Below, piece by piece: positions 27,155 through 36,880 of a stretch of 64,000 nucleotides of DNA. Within the stretch, counting starts at the first letter, position 1. Each line of letters starts with the position of its first letter. The DNA comes from Bacteroidota bacterium (lineage in GTDB: Bacteria; Chloroflexota; Anaerolineae; Aggregatilineales; Phototrophicaceae): NCBI GenBank assembly GCA_027492915.1, contig JAPUDW010000239.1, positions 112-64,111 of the forward strand, read 5' to 3'. A model generated the notes under the pieces. The model worked only from the letters and a program-made list of their open reading frames with translations. It had not been told where the DNA came from and ran no database searches. A program made the position numbers and the translations under genes.

Positions 27155-28264
27155 GTGCGTAAGCTGCTGGGTCTCCTCGTTGCTATCATCGTCATTCTTG
27201 TCATCGGGACTGTCGCCAGCCGTGCTGTGTTGAATCATCAGGCCAACAGCGACGATAACCGCCCGATCTTTACAGCGGAATACACCCTCGAAACTACCAA
27301 AACCGATGACCTGTTCGTGCTGGCGGATAATGCTTACCTCGCGGCGAACAGTCATGTGCAGGCGGATGCCGCGCTCGTCGGGCGTGACCGTATCACCGTG
27401 GATGGGCAGGTGGATGGCGACCTGACGGCGATGGGTGGCAATATCAACATCGGCGAAGGCGCACAGATCAATGGCGATGCGGATTTGATCGGCAGCCATA
27501 TTACCTTCGCCGGACAGATCAACGGTAATTTGAGCGTGGTGGCCGAAAAGTTTGACCTGCTGCCGGGGGCGAGCTTCAACGGCAGTCTGGAACTGTGCGC
27601 CAGTAACTTCACCAATGAATCCACAATCGAAGTCGTCAGCCGCACCTGTGCTGAAGATGAACTCGCCGGATGGCAGTCGCTGCGGGATGGCACATTCGTG
27701 AGCCAGACATTATCAGGCGGTGGTTTCTCGTTCGGCGTGTTCGTGTTTACGGGCATTGCAGCGCTGGGCTTGTCGGCATTGGCGGGTGTGGTGGTCAGTA
27801 TTTTCCCACGTCCGTTCGGCTTCATGTCGCAAGCCATACGCAGTCTGCCGGGTCGGGCGGCGCGGGTCGGCTGTTTTACGCAGATTTTATTTGTGGCGCT
27901 GGGGGCGGGTGTGGTGGTGATTATCGCGGTGCTGCCGCCGTTGGGGTTGGTGCTGCTGCCGATATTCGCGCTGCTGGCGCTGCCGTTGGGGCTGTTGTTC
28001 GCCGTTGGTTGGATAACGCTGGCGCTGATGGCTGGTGATTGGCTGCTGCGGCAGTTCGCCCGCCGTCAAAGCCCGCCGATGCTGACCGTGATCGCCGGTT
28101 CGCTGGGGTTGTTCGTCATCTGGACGCTGCTAACCGTGTTACCATTCGGGCCAATTTTAGGGGCGCTGCTGCCGCTGGTGGTGGGGACGGTTGGTTTTGG
28201 CGCGGCGATTATGACGCGTGTGGGTACCCGTTCACCCTCGCGGACACACTTCGTGCAAGGCTGA
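27155..28264 (+). CDS. Bactofilin-like (polymer-forming) beta-helix membrane protein
   Basis: Repeats VDGQVDGDLTAMGGNINIGEGAQINGDADLIG followed by several TM helices; GTG start. Confidence 0.8.
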   Translation: MRKLLGLLVAIIVILVIGTVASRAVLNHQANSDDNRPIFTAEYTLETTKTDDLFVLADNAYLAANSHVQADAALVGRDRITVDGQVDGDLTAMGGNINIGEGAQINGDADLIGSHITFAGQINGNLSVVAEKFDLLPGASFNGSLELCASNFTNESTIEVVSRTCAEDELAGWQSLRDGTFVSQTLSGGGFSFGVFVFTGIAALGLSALAGVVVSIFPRPFGFMSQAIRSLPGRAARVGCFTQILFVALGAGVVVIIAVLPPLGLVLLPIFALLALPLGLLFAVGWITLALMAGDWLLRQFARRQSPPMLTVIAGSLGLFVIWTLLTVLPFGPILGALLPLVVGTVGFGAAIMTRVGTRSPSRTHFVQG

Positions 28265-28318
28265 CGCGAGTTGTGCTACACTCGGCACATAGAAACGCGA
28301 TCACAATAGGAGTTTTTT

Positions 28319-29245
28319 ATGCGCCGCTGGCTGCCTTTACCACTATTATTTGCGGGTATCCTCGCACTCTCATTGATAGGGCTACCACTCACCTTCGCCC
28401 AGAATAACGCCACACCTACACCCCTTGCTGGTCAAACGATCCAGCTTCAACGGACGGATACGCTTGTTGGACTCGCAGCACGGTTCGGTAAGCCGGTCGC
28501 GTGTTTGCAAGCCGCCAACAATCTGGCTTCAACCAACTTCTCGCTGGCAAGCCTGACCACGATTCTGATCCCCGAAAACTGTGAGGGGATGCTGGCGATT
28601 AATAACGCAGCAACCCCCACACCTGAATCAATCGAGTCGTTGGTGACGGCGACCTTTACGCCGCTGCCCACGAACGCGAGTTCCGGCACGACTACGCCGA
28701 CACCTACCGCGACGGTACGTGCGACCGGCACGCCTTCCACACCCTCAGTAACCGGCACTGTAACCCTTACACCTGTACCAACGCTGGGCGCGGATACGAC
28801 GTATGTGGTTGTCAGCGGTGACCGATTGGCGAACATCGCCCAGAGCTACGGCTTGACGGTGGCATGTATCGCGACTGCCAATAACATCATCAACCCTGAC
28901 CTGATTTATGTCGGGCAGCAGTTGTTGATTAGCGCCAACTGCACCAGCAGTTCGGGCGGCGGCGTGGTCAGCAATATCCCGCCGAGCACGGGTGTTGACC
29001 CGCAGGCCTGCCAGTTCGACCGCAACCCCGGACGCATCAGTAGCGGTGACAGCTACATCGTGCAGTACGGTGACGCGCTGGACTTTATCGCCTGCGACTT
29101 CGGTATTGAACTCCAATGCTTGAAGGACTCGAATCCGCAGTTGGGCGGCTTGTCGCGGTTGGTACCGGGGCAAACACTCAATATCAACTTTAGCTGCCCG
29201 ATGTGGCGCGACTCATCGCTGCCGCTGCCCACACCAGCGGGATAA
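28319..29245 (+). CDS. Secreted protein with three LysM domains
   Basis: YVVVSGDRLANIAQSYGL...ANNI.NPDLIYVGQQLLI, YIVQYGDAL; signal peptide. Confidence 0.9.
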   Translation: MRRWLPLPLLFAGILALSLIGLPLTFAQNNATPTPLAGQTIQLQRTDTLVGLAARFGKPVACLQAANNLASTNFSLASLTTILIPENCEGMLAINNAATPTPESIESLVTATFTPLPTNASSGTTTPTPTATVRATGTPSTPSVTGTVTLTPVPTLGADTTYVVVSGDRLANIAQSYGLTVACIATANNIINPDLIYVGQQLLISANCTSSSGGGVVSNIPPSTGVDPQACQFDRNPGRISSGDSYIVQYGDALDFIACDFGIELQCLKDSNPQLGGLSRLVPGQTLNINFSCPMWRDSSLPLPTPAG

Positions 29246-29327
29246 ATTCGAAACTCCTCCTAATTGATTTTGTTCCCTCCCTCGCTTGCGGGGGAGGGTT
29301 AGGGTGGGGGTCTATTTAAGAAGGTGA

Positions 29328-29966
29328 ATGATGGCCGAAAACCGAAATTGGATGGACGCGCTGACGGATGGGCAGATTATCCGTGATTGGTTTTCGCTGT
29401 TCGCACACTTCGCGCTCGGCAGCATCTATATCACCTTCTTCATCACCATGTTTATGGTGAGCATTGGTTTATCATTCGTGCTGGTGGGCATCCCGCTGCT
29501 GCTGTTTGTGCTCACTTCGGTTCGGGCAGTCGCGGCGATGGATCAACGCTTGTTCGCGGCTATCCTCGACCGCCGAGCGCCCGAAATCGCTGATGATGTT
29601 GACCCGCGCGGCGCGAACTTTGGCGAGCGGTTGGGCATGTATATGGGCAGCTTCACCACATGGCGCAGCATGGCCTATCTGGCACTCAAGTTCCCTATCG
29701 GCCTCGCGGCGATCATCGCGGCCTTCTCTATTCTGCCGTTCCTCGCGTTTGAAATGCTGCTGCTGGCTCCACTGGGGATTGATCTGCGCCTCGCGACACC
29801 GCGCTTGCTGCACGCGGTCGCGGTGGGGATGCACAAGTTCCCCGGAATCTTGCTGCCGAACGGCAAGCGCAAACGTGACCTGAGCCGGTTGGAAACCGTT
29901 GAGAGTTACGAGCCGGAATATTACCTCGACGACGATGGTGAGATTATCCTGCGCAAACGAGCATAA
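29328..29966 (+). CDS. Stand-alone membrane 'sensor' domain protein (PF13796-like)
   Basis: F.LG..Y..F....GL...LVGIPLL...TWRS.AYL.LKFP.G pattern, no kinase domain. Confidence 0.7.
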   Translation: MMAENRNWMDALTDGQIIRDWFSLFAHFALGSIYITFFITMFMVSIGLSFVLVGIPLLLFVLTSVRAVAAMDQRLFAAILDRRAPEIADDVDPRGANFGERLGMYMGSFTTWRSMAYLALKFPIGLAAIIAAFSILPFLAFEMLLLAPLGIDLRLATPRLLHAVAVGMHKFPGILLPNGKRKRDLSRLETVESYEPEYYLDDDGEIILRKRA

Positions 29967-29981
29967 CGTTTGAATTTTGAA

Positions 29982-30006
29982 ACGGATGCGAACCCTCGCA
30001 TCCGTA
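29982..30006 (+). terminator. Hairpin terminator
   Basis: ACGGATGCGA-accc-TCGCATCCGT after the ECF operon. Confidence 0.55.
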
Positions 30007-30156
30007 TTGATTTCTAGGCTTCACCACATTCCCCGACGATGATAACCCCCTTTACATGACCTTAGGCACTGCTTGCAAATCCATATTCATCCGATAATAG
30101 AGACATAGTAAATGTCGGTTATGCACACCAATCATTGGTGCGAAGGGAGGACAGTT

Positions 30157-30888
30157 ATGGTGAAGAAGCAGTGGGGTTGGGAACGTGTTTTTGAGTCGGT
30201 GACCGCTGTCTTTTCCATCATACTGCTGGTGTTGTTCAGGCCGCTGCTGCGCCGCTGGTATCTGAATTGGGGCGCAACTGAGTCTGAAACGGCACGGCTT
30301 TTACCCGGTGATGAACTTGTCCTACACCCCCGCGTCAAATATACACGCGGTATCACAATTGCAACTACACCGGATAAAATTTGGCCGTGGTTGGCACAGA
30401 TTGGGCAAGATCGCGGTGGCTTGTACAGCTATGAACACCTCGAAAACCTTGTCGGTTGTGACATCCACAATACCGACCGGATTCTGCCAGAGTTCCAACA
30501 CATCAAGGTTGGTGACCATGTGAAGTTGGGTCCTGCTGGTTATCCGTACTACACCGTACTTGATGTACACCCGAATGAGGCACTTATTCTCGCAGCGGCG
30601 GATGTAATCCCCGAAGCGGATGGACTGCGCTTACCTGACCCGCTGCCACAGGAATACACGCTGGCGAATTGGGTCTTTTACCTCCAGCCGATTAGCCCAC
30701 ATGCTACCCGTTTGTTGGTGCGCGGCTGGTTGGATTATGAACCCAACACGCTGAAGCAGTGGTTGATCTGGTGCGCGTTCACCGAACCGATCAGCTTTGT
30801 AATGGAGCGCAAAATGATGCGCGAAATCAAGAAGCGGGTCGAAGTTACCGCGCAGTCCGGCAGCCGATCCGCGACCGTTACTGCATAA
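30157..30888 (+). CDS. SRPBCC-like conserved protein
   Basis: WGAT..E....LPGD.LV, IWPWLAQIGQDRGGLYSYE.LENLVGC, FVMERKMM; SD GGAGG. Confidence 0.85.
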   Translation: MVKKQWGWERVFESVTAVFSIILLVLFRPLLRRWYLNWGATESETARLLPGDELVLHPRVKYTRGITIATTPDKIWPWLAQIGQDRGGLYSYEHLENLVGCDIHNTDRILPEFQHIKVGDHVKLGPAGYPYYTVLDVHPNEALILAAADVIPEADGLRLPDPLPQEYTLANWVFYLQPISPHATRLLVRGWLDYEPNTLKQWLIWCAFTEPISFVMERKMMREIKKRVEVTAQSGSRSATVTA

Positions 30889-31027
30889 GTGCTTGCTCCG
30901 CGTGCCCGTGGCAATAATCTTCCACGGGTGTGCTCCCTCCTTAAGTAGGGTGTGGCTGAGAAATCGTCACACCCTATTTTGTTGTGCTATCATCAGGGCA
31001 TCAGCAAAATAGGCGAACTGATGGCTT

Positions 31028-32614
31028 ATGAAACCTTCTTTTTTGAATATCCCCACGTCCAAGTTCAACAGCTTATTCCTCGCCTTCTGGGTGGTGTTTT
31101 CGATCTTCGGTAAGGTGCAGGCACAGGCTGACTGCGGCGTGGTCAACAGCATCAATTATCCGGTTGACCGTTCGGTGTTCCAACTGGTGCAGGACTTCGG
31201 CGTGCCGAGCGCCCGTCACCAAGGGCGTTACCACACGGGTGAGGATTATTATGGTGGGCGCGGCAGTTTGGGGATGCCGGTTTCGGCAGTCGCGGATGGG
31301 CGGGTGACATATTCTGCGCCGAGCGGTTGGGGGCGGGATGGCGGCGTGGTCATCCTTGAACACAGCTTCCCCGATGGCTCAATCGCCTACAGCATGTACG
31401 GGCATATGATGAGCACCGATGTGTACCCGTTCCCTGAACGTTTCGCCTGCGTTCGTGCGGGGGATGTTGTCGGCGCGGTCGGGGACGTGCGGCCTGCGCC
31501 CCATCTGCACTTCGAAATTCGCACCAGCAGCCCGGACACACCGGGGGCGGGTTATTCGCCGGAAGTGCCGACCCTGCTGGGTAACTTGCAAGCGAGTAAG
31601 TTCATTACCAATTGGCAGACGTGGTTGAACCCTGCCCACCGCTGGCACCTGCAACTGCCGGATGACACTCGCCCGACCGCGCCGCCGCTGCTGCTGAATG
31701 ATGGCAGTATGCTGGTTCTAACGAGCGACCGCATTCGATACGCCTCGGTGGATGGGCGGGTGTTGTGGCGCATCATTTTACCCGCGCCAGCCGCCGCGCT
31801 GACGACTTACAACGGCAGTCCGGTGCTGGTCTACAACGACGGCGCGATGCAAATTATCAACATGGATGCCACGCTGGGCGAAAGCTGGCTAACGGGGGTT
31901 CCTCCCGACAGCCCACCGCTGACGGTTGGCGACCTGTTGGTATTTCACACATCGGGTAATGAATTGGTGGCGCTGGGGGCTGATCGCCGCAGTGTGGTAT
32001 GGCGGCTGGAAAATGTGCCCGCGTTCACGCAGTCGGTTGTAACGCCGAGCTTGATCGGCCTCATCACCAGCGATAGCTTTCTGACAGCCATTTCCACACA
32101 GGGCGCGTTGGTCAGTCGAACGCCGCTGCTGGGTGCGAGTACGCTCAACGCCGCGCCCGATGGCAGCTTGTGGCTAATCAGCCAGAACACTATTACCCAG
32201 ATCGACGCGAGTGGAACGCAGACAGCCATCGCGAGCAGCATAAGCGGTGATGCAGCCACGAGCGCTGTGACCGCCGCGCCGGATGGGACGCGCTTCATCC
32301 TCGCGGGTGGGGCTGTGCCAACGCTGATGGCGAGCGATGCCGCCGGAACCGTGCTGTGGCAGTTCGCGGTCGAAGGCGCCAGCGGGCACGCCCAACTCAT
32401 CAGCCGCGATAATCAAGTGCTGCTGCTGACCAGCGGTGGCGATATTGTGACGGTGCAGGCAGTTTCTGGCGCGGTGTGCAGCCGCCAGCATATTTATGGG
32501 GATCGTCGGGCGAAGCTGTGGTACGACATGGGTGCAGATGGGCTGCTGCGGGTGGGGCTGGCTGACCAGATTATCGGGCTGGATTGGAAAACGCTGCAAG
32601 GGGCGTGTGTGTAG
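31028..32614 (+). CDS. Secreted M23 peptidase fused to a PQQ-like beta-propeller
   Basis: HTGEDY, YGHM, PHLHFEIR; repeated G.V.W motifs. Confidence 0.85.
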   Translation: MKPSFLNIPTSKFNSLFLAFWVVFSIFGKVQAQADCGVVNSINYPVDRSVFQLVQDFGVPSARHQGRYHTGEDYYGGRGSLGMPVSAVADGRVTYSAPSGWGRDGGVVILEHSFPDGSIAYSMYGHMMSTDVYPFPERFACVRAGDVVGAVGDVRPAPHLHFEIRTSSPDTPGAGYSPEVPTLLGNLQASKFITNWQTWLNPAHRWHLQLPDDTRPTAPPLLLNDGSMLVLTSDRIRYASVDGRVLWRIILPAPAAALTTYNGSPVLVYNDGAMQIINMDATLGESWLTGVPPDSPPLTVGDLLVFHTSGNELVALGADRRSVVWRLENVPAFTQSVVTPSLIGLITSDSFLTAISTQGALVSRTPLLGASTLNAAPDGSLWLISQNTITQIDASGTQTAIASSISGDAATSAVTAAPDGTRFILAGGAVPTLMASDAAGTVLWQFAVEGASGHAQLISRDNQVLLLTSGGDIVTVQAVSGAVCSRQHIYGDRRAKLWYDMGADGLLRVGLADQIIGLDWKTLQGACV

Positions 32615-32690
32615 GTCGTTAGTCTGTCGTTTTTAGTTGATAGTCAAATGCTAAAACGATTCGCTATCCCGCAGGAGGATTCGAGGCTGA

Positions 32691-33230
32691 TTAGAGTTTG
32701 AAAATTTTGCTTACATCAACCGATTGATCTGCCAGTACCACCGAGATAAAGGTGTCGCCGGGGCCAAAGACACCTTTGGGTGCGAACTTGCCCTCTTCCA
32801 GCCGCCAGACTTCCACATACTGCGCCTGTGGGTCAACCAGCCAATATTCACGCGCACCGTACTTTTCGTACAGCAGAAACTTCTTGTTTTTGTCGCGTCG
32901 GGCGGTAGAGGGTGATAGAATTTCGATCACCAAATCCGGTGCGCCTTCCAGCCGTTTGTCGCCAATAAAACATTGGCTGTCCTGTGCGACCCACAAAATA
33001 TCCGGTTGCACAATATTGCTCTCATCCAAATACACATCAATCGGCGCGTGGAACAGTTTTCCGTTAGGTATTAAACCTTTGAGCAGAAAAATGAGTTCGA
33101 TACTGGCGCTTTGATGGTCAGGGATAGGCGCTGGACTCACGATCAGCTCTCCATCAATAAGTTCGGTGGGGATATTGGTTTCCGGCAGTTCAAAGAAGGC
33201 TTTGGCGGTCATTCGTGTGTTGAGAACCAT
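32691..33230 (-). CDS. Uma2 family endonuclease
   Basis: ELIDGEL, VQPDI, GAPDLVIEILSPST..RD..KK..LYE.YG..EYWLVDP. Confidence 0.92.
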   Translation of the reverse strand: MVLNTRMTAKAFFELPETNIPTELIDGELIVSPAPIPDHQSASIELIFLLKGLIPNGKLFHAPIDVYLDESNIVQPDILWVAQDSQCFIGDKRLEGAPDLVIEILSPSTARRDKNKKFLLYEKYGAREYWLVDPQAQYVEVWRLEEGKFAPKGVFGPGDTFISVVLADQSVDVSKIFKL

Positions 33231-33421
33231 AGCGTCACCCTATATATGTTTCAACAACCGCATTTTACCATGTTTCATAATGGGTCGGGGCGCACGGCTG
33301 GGTGCGACCTTACAAAGGCAGGGATTTTGCCTCTTGTTAAAGACTAATGACTAAACAAAAGAGCGTGAACTTTCGCCAACGCTCTCCAACTTGCCACTTC
33401 AAACTTGCAGCTTGTAACTAC

Positions 33422-33832
33422 CTAGTGCTGTCCGGCGGGGATGATCGTCACGGCGGGGTCTTGGCGCAGTGCTTGCTCCGAGCCAGCCGGAACGTAGGCG
33501 ACGACCAGCAAAAGCGGCCCGCTGCCGGTGTTGATTGTCGAGTGGTAGACGGCTTTGGGTATCCAGACACACGCGCCAGCTTCACATTTGACGGGCGGGT
33601 GGTCATCCACCATTTGCTCGCCTTCGCCAGAAACGAAGTAGATGATCTCGTCAGCATCGGGGTGGTTGTGGCGGACGTGGCCTTTACCGGGTTCCAGCAC
33701 GACTGTGCCGAAGCTGATGCTCTTGGAGCCGGTGACATTTTCATCGGACAAGAAGTGAATTTTGCCCCAATCAAAAATAATCTGGTCAACATCTTTTTCG
33801 GTGGTAATCGCACCCTGACCGAGTTTGTGCAT
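33422..33832 (-). CDS. Cupin domain protein
   Basis: H..H.HP..DEIIY..SGEG...IP....H; start placed at MHKL. Confidence 0.85.
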   Translation of the reverse strand: MHKLGQGAITTEKDVDQIIFDWGKIHFLSDENVTGSKSISFGTVVLEPGKGHVRHNHPDADEIIYFVSGEGEQMVDDHPPVKCEAGACVWIPKAVYHSTINTGSGPLLLVVAYVPAGSEQALRQDPAVTIIPAGQH

Positions 33833-34150
33833 GGTTAAAATCCTTTCGGTAACAAAATTATTCAGTGCGTAGAAGATACCACAGGGAGAATACGAATCGC
33901 CAAGGTATGCAAAGTAAGCAGCGGATTGAAACGCCACGGCTGCCAGGATTCATGCAGCGCGATTAGGGCATGATGGGGATGAGACAGGTTGTGGTCAATT
34001 GGTACGTGATGCTATTTGCTTCAAGTAAATTCCACATGCACAGTGTAGGGGCGCATGGCTGTGAATTAAAAGCGGCGAACTCTCATCCACCGCTTTAGTC
34101 TTGGTTCCTTCCCCTGTTACTACGGGGGAGGGTTAGGGTAGGGGTTGGAC

Positions 34151-35494
34151 TTACCCTTCGTAATATCCGTCGATCTTGGTCAGGGCGTGGTCGATGATGT
34201 CCAAGCCTTCCTTGAGCTGGGCTTCGGTGATGGTCAGCGGCGGGCAGTTGAAAATCATGTTCCAGCGCACGAAGGTACTCATGCCCTCGTCGCGCAGCGT
34301 TTTATACACAATTTGCAGCGGCTCGGTGAACGGCTGCTGGAAGGATGACAGCGCCTCGCGGGTGTCGCGGTTCTTTACCAGCTCGATCACCTGATGCAAG
34401 CCTGTACCGCGAATGTCACCAATGACCTGATGTTTCTCAGCGAGGTCGTTCAGGCCGCGGCGCAGCACCTTGCCCATATCGCGGCTGTTCTCAATCAGGT
34501 TTTCGTTCCGGTAAACCTCGATATTGGCGACACCGGCAGCCATCGCCAGCGGGTGGGCGCTGTAGGTTAAGCCCATCGAAAACATGTGGTCGTTGAAGTA
34601 GTTGGCGATTTCCTCGCTCACGATGGTCGCACCGAGCGGCACATAACCACTGGTGATGCCTTTCGCGGTCGCAATGATGTCCGGCTGAACGTTCGGGTAG
34701 TGGTCGACACCAAACCATTCGCCCGTGCGCCCGAATCCACTCATCACTTCATCAACGATCAGCAAGATACCGTACTTCTGGCAAATCTCGTGCAGGCGGT
34801 TCCAATAGGCTTCAGTCGGCTGAATAACGCCGCTGGTGCCGCTGTAACCTTCGATCAAAATGGCCGCGACCGACTTTGGATCTTCTAATTGAATCTGTTC
34901 CTCGACCATATCCGCCATGATGAGGTCGCCCTCTTCCTGCGTGCGCCCGTTATAAACAGGGCTGCGGTAGGCATACGGGTCGGGGAAGTGCAGGATGTCC
35001 GGCACACCGGGGCCGTGCCCATGACGGCGCGGGTCACCACCGGCGGTCGCGGCACCAAAGGTCGCGCCGTGGAAGGAACGGTAGCGCGTCAGGATCTTCT
35101 GTTTGCCGGTGAACATACGGGCAATCTTAATTGCGGTTTCGATGGCATCCGTACCGCCGTTGGTGAAGAATGCCTTGCTGATCTTGCCGGGGGTAATTTC
35201 CGCCAGCAGTTCACCTAATTGGCCGCGCGCTTCGGTGGCGATGCTCGGTTGGGCATAACCCATCTTGCCGATCTGGTTGCGGATGGCCTCAATCACATGT
35301 GGGTGACTGTGACCGACATTGACGTTTACAAGCTGCGATGACCAGTCGATATAGCGCTTGCCTTCGACATCCCAGAAGTAAACCCCTTCTGCGCGATCCA
35401 TCACAATCGGGTTCCAAGCATTTTGCACCGACCAACTAGCAAGGGTGTAATCCTTGTTGTTTTTCACGATTTCGGCAGTGGTGGTCATCAGCAT
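34151..35494 (-). CDS. Class III PLP aminotransferase
   Basis: SFHGAT, LIVDEVMSGFGRTGEWF, AKGITSGYVPLG, TYSAHP. Confidence 0.93.
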   Translation of the reverse strand: MLMTTTAEIVKNNKDYTLASWSVQNAWNPIVMDRAEGVYFWDVEGKRYIDWSSQLVNVNVGHSHPHVIEAIRNQIGKMGYAQPSIATEARGQLGELLAEITPGKISKAFFTNGGTDAIETAIKIARMFTGKQKILTRYRSFHGATFGAATAGGDPRRHGHGPGVPDILHFPDPYAYRSPVYNGRTQEEGDLIMADMVEEQIQLEDPKSVAAILIEGYSGTSGVIQPTEAYWNRLHEICQKYGILLIVDEVMSGFGRTGEWFGVDHYPNVQPDIIATAKGITSGYVPLGATIVSEEIANYFNDHMFSMGLTYSAHPLAMAAGVANIEVYRNENLIENSRDMGKVLRRGLNDLAEKHQVIGDIRGTGLHQVIELVKNRDTREALSSFQQPFTEPLQIVYKTLRDEGMSTFVRWNMIFNCPPLTITEAQLKEGLDIIDHALTKIDGYYEG

Positions 35495-35717
35495 AACTCC
35501 TCTAATAAAGGGATGTGGTCAGCTCGTGCGAACCGCCACATCGCTACAACTCGTATAGTGAATAACAGAATACGCCTATTGTAATCCACAACCGCCCGAC
35601 TCCCAAACGGGTGGACGTAGATAAAAGGTGATGAGACTCCTATCAGAAGTTCGCGCATCTTTACGTGGATTTTATATGAGTTGGTTATAATGCGCCTAAA
35701 AGCGAAAGGTTGTCTTG

Positions 35718-36341
35718 ATGAATATCATGCTGGTTGCGCTCTTAATCCTCGGCGGGTTTTTATTCTGGCAGGGGAAGATTACCTTCGGGCCGGTGCAGAC
35801 TGAAGGACGGCATGTGAAAGCCGCTGGCGTGGTGTTGATGCTGCCCGCAGCCAGCTTCCTGCTGTTGAGCATTATCATGGGCATGATCTTTGGGGTGAAC
35901 GCCAATTCAATTCAGTTCATCCTCGCCTTTTTAGCGATTTTCCAACTGGTGATGATGGTGCTCGCGGTGGTGCTGGCCTACATCTTAGTTGTTGATCCCC
36001 CGAACGCACCGCAGCTACCGGGGATACTGGGTGATATTCAGCGGGAACGGCGCGGTAAATCGGCAGCACCGCCTTCTTCATCCTCGTCCTCGCGCCCCAA
36101 GCAGCCGCCCCCGCCGCAGCCTGCCGCCCAGCGTCACCCGCTGGAACGCTTCACGCCGCAGCAGCCGGTAAAACTACCTAACGTCATGACGGTGAAAGAA
36201 GCAGCGGCCTATATGGGGGTATCGCAAGATGCGATTTTGCGGTTGATCGACGATGGTAAACTGCCAGCCGCCCGCGATAACGCAGGTTTCCTCATCGCGC
36301 GGTCGGTGCTAGATGAGTTGAAAAACCCGTCGATGATCTAG
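35718..36341 (+). CDS. Membrane protein with C-terminal excisionase-type HTH (HTH_17)
   Basis: Three TM helices, P/S-rich linker, MTVKEAAAYMGVS...I.RLI..GKLPA. Confidence 0.8.
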   Translation: MNIMLVALLILGGFLFWQGKITFGPVQTEGRHVKAAGVVLMLPAASFLLLSIIMGMIFGVNANSIQFILAFLAIFQLVMMVLAVVLAYILVVDPPNAPQLPGILGDIQRERRGKSAAPPSSSSSSRPKQPPPPQPAAQRHPLERFTPQQPVKLPNVMTVKEAAAYMGVSQDAILRLIDDGKLPAARDNAGFLIARSVLDELKNPSMI

Positions 36342-36880
36342 TGGTGGTTTTCCCGCGCCCATGCCGCCAGTTGGTAAAGTTCGGCAAAGTCATCACGGTC
36401 AGTCGAGTGAAAGCGGCGGATGGCTTCGGCCAGCGTCACCAACTCGACACATGTCACTTGCTCGGCATCGCTGGGGTTGAGCGGCTGGCCGACAATTTCT
36501 ACCTCACCATAACTTACGTAGCGGTAAAAGTCAGGGTGTGGCAAATGTGGGCGGTAGGGTACAACCGAACTGGAATGGCAGCGCCACGCGCCTAACGAGC
36601 GAGAGTTCTTGGGGCTGACCCCCGCCTCTTCCAACAGTTCGCGTTTGAGCGTGTCGGTATGCGGTTCATTCGGTTCACGCGTGCCACCCGGCAGTTCCCA
36701 GTAATAATTATCCACCTGAATAATCAGCCACTTGTCACCCACATAGGGTACAAGGTTAACGTTGCTAATCATTTCGTCGGGCGGCGGTTCTTGAAAGAGG
36801 TGGAACTGCATTTCGACTGTGCCGCGTGTCATTACGTTAAAGAGATTGGGGAAGCGAGACGCGAGTTCTGGGTCAGTCAT
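36338..36880 (-). CDS. NUDIX hydrolase
   Basis: LPGGTREPNE...DTLKRELLEEAG Nudix box. Confidence 0.9.
   Translation of the reverse strand: MTDPELASRFPNLFNVMTRGTVEMQFHLFQEPPPDEMISNVNLVPYVGDKWLIIQVDNYYWELPGGTREPNEPHTDTLKRELLEEAGVSPKNSRSLGAWRCHSSSVVPYRPHLPHPDFYRYVSYGEVEIVGQPLNPSDAEQVTCVELVTLAEAIRRFHSTDRDDFAELYQLAAWARENHH

Noticed and set aside
32691-36341. Prophage or mobile island suggested by the Uma2 nuclease and excisionase-like HTH
   Set aside because: No integrase or phage genes; the neighbours are metabolic genes.
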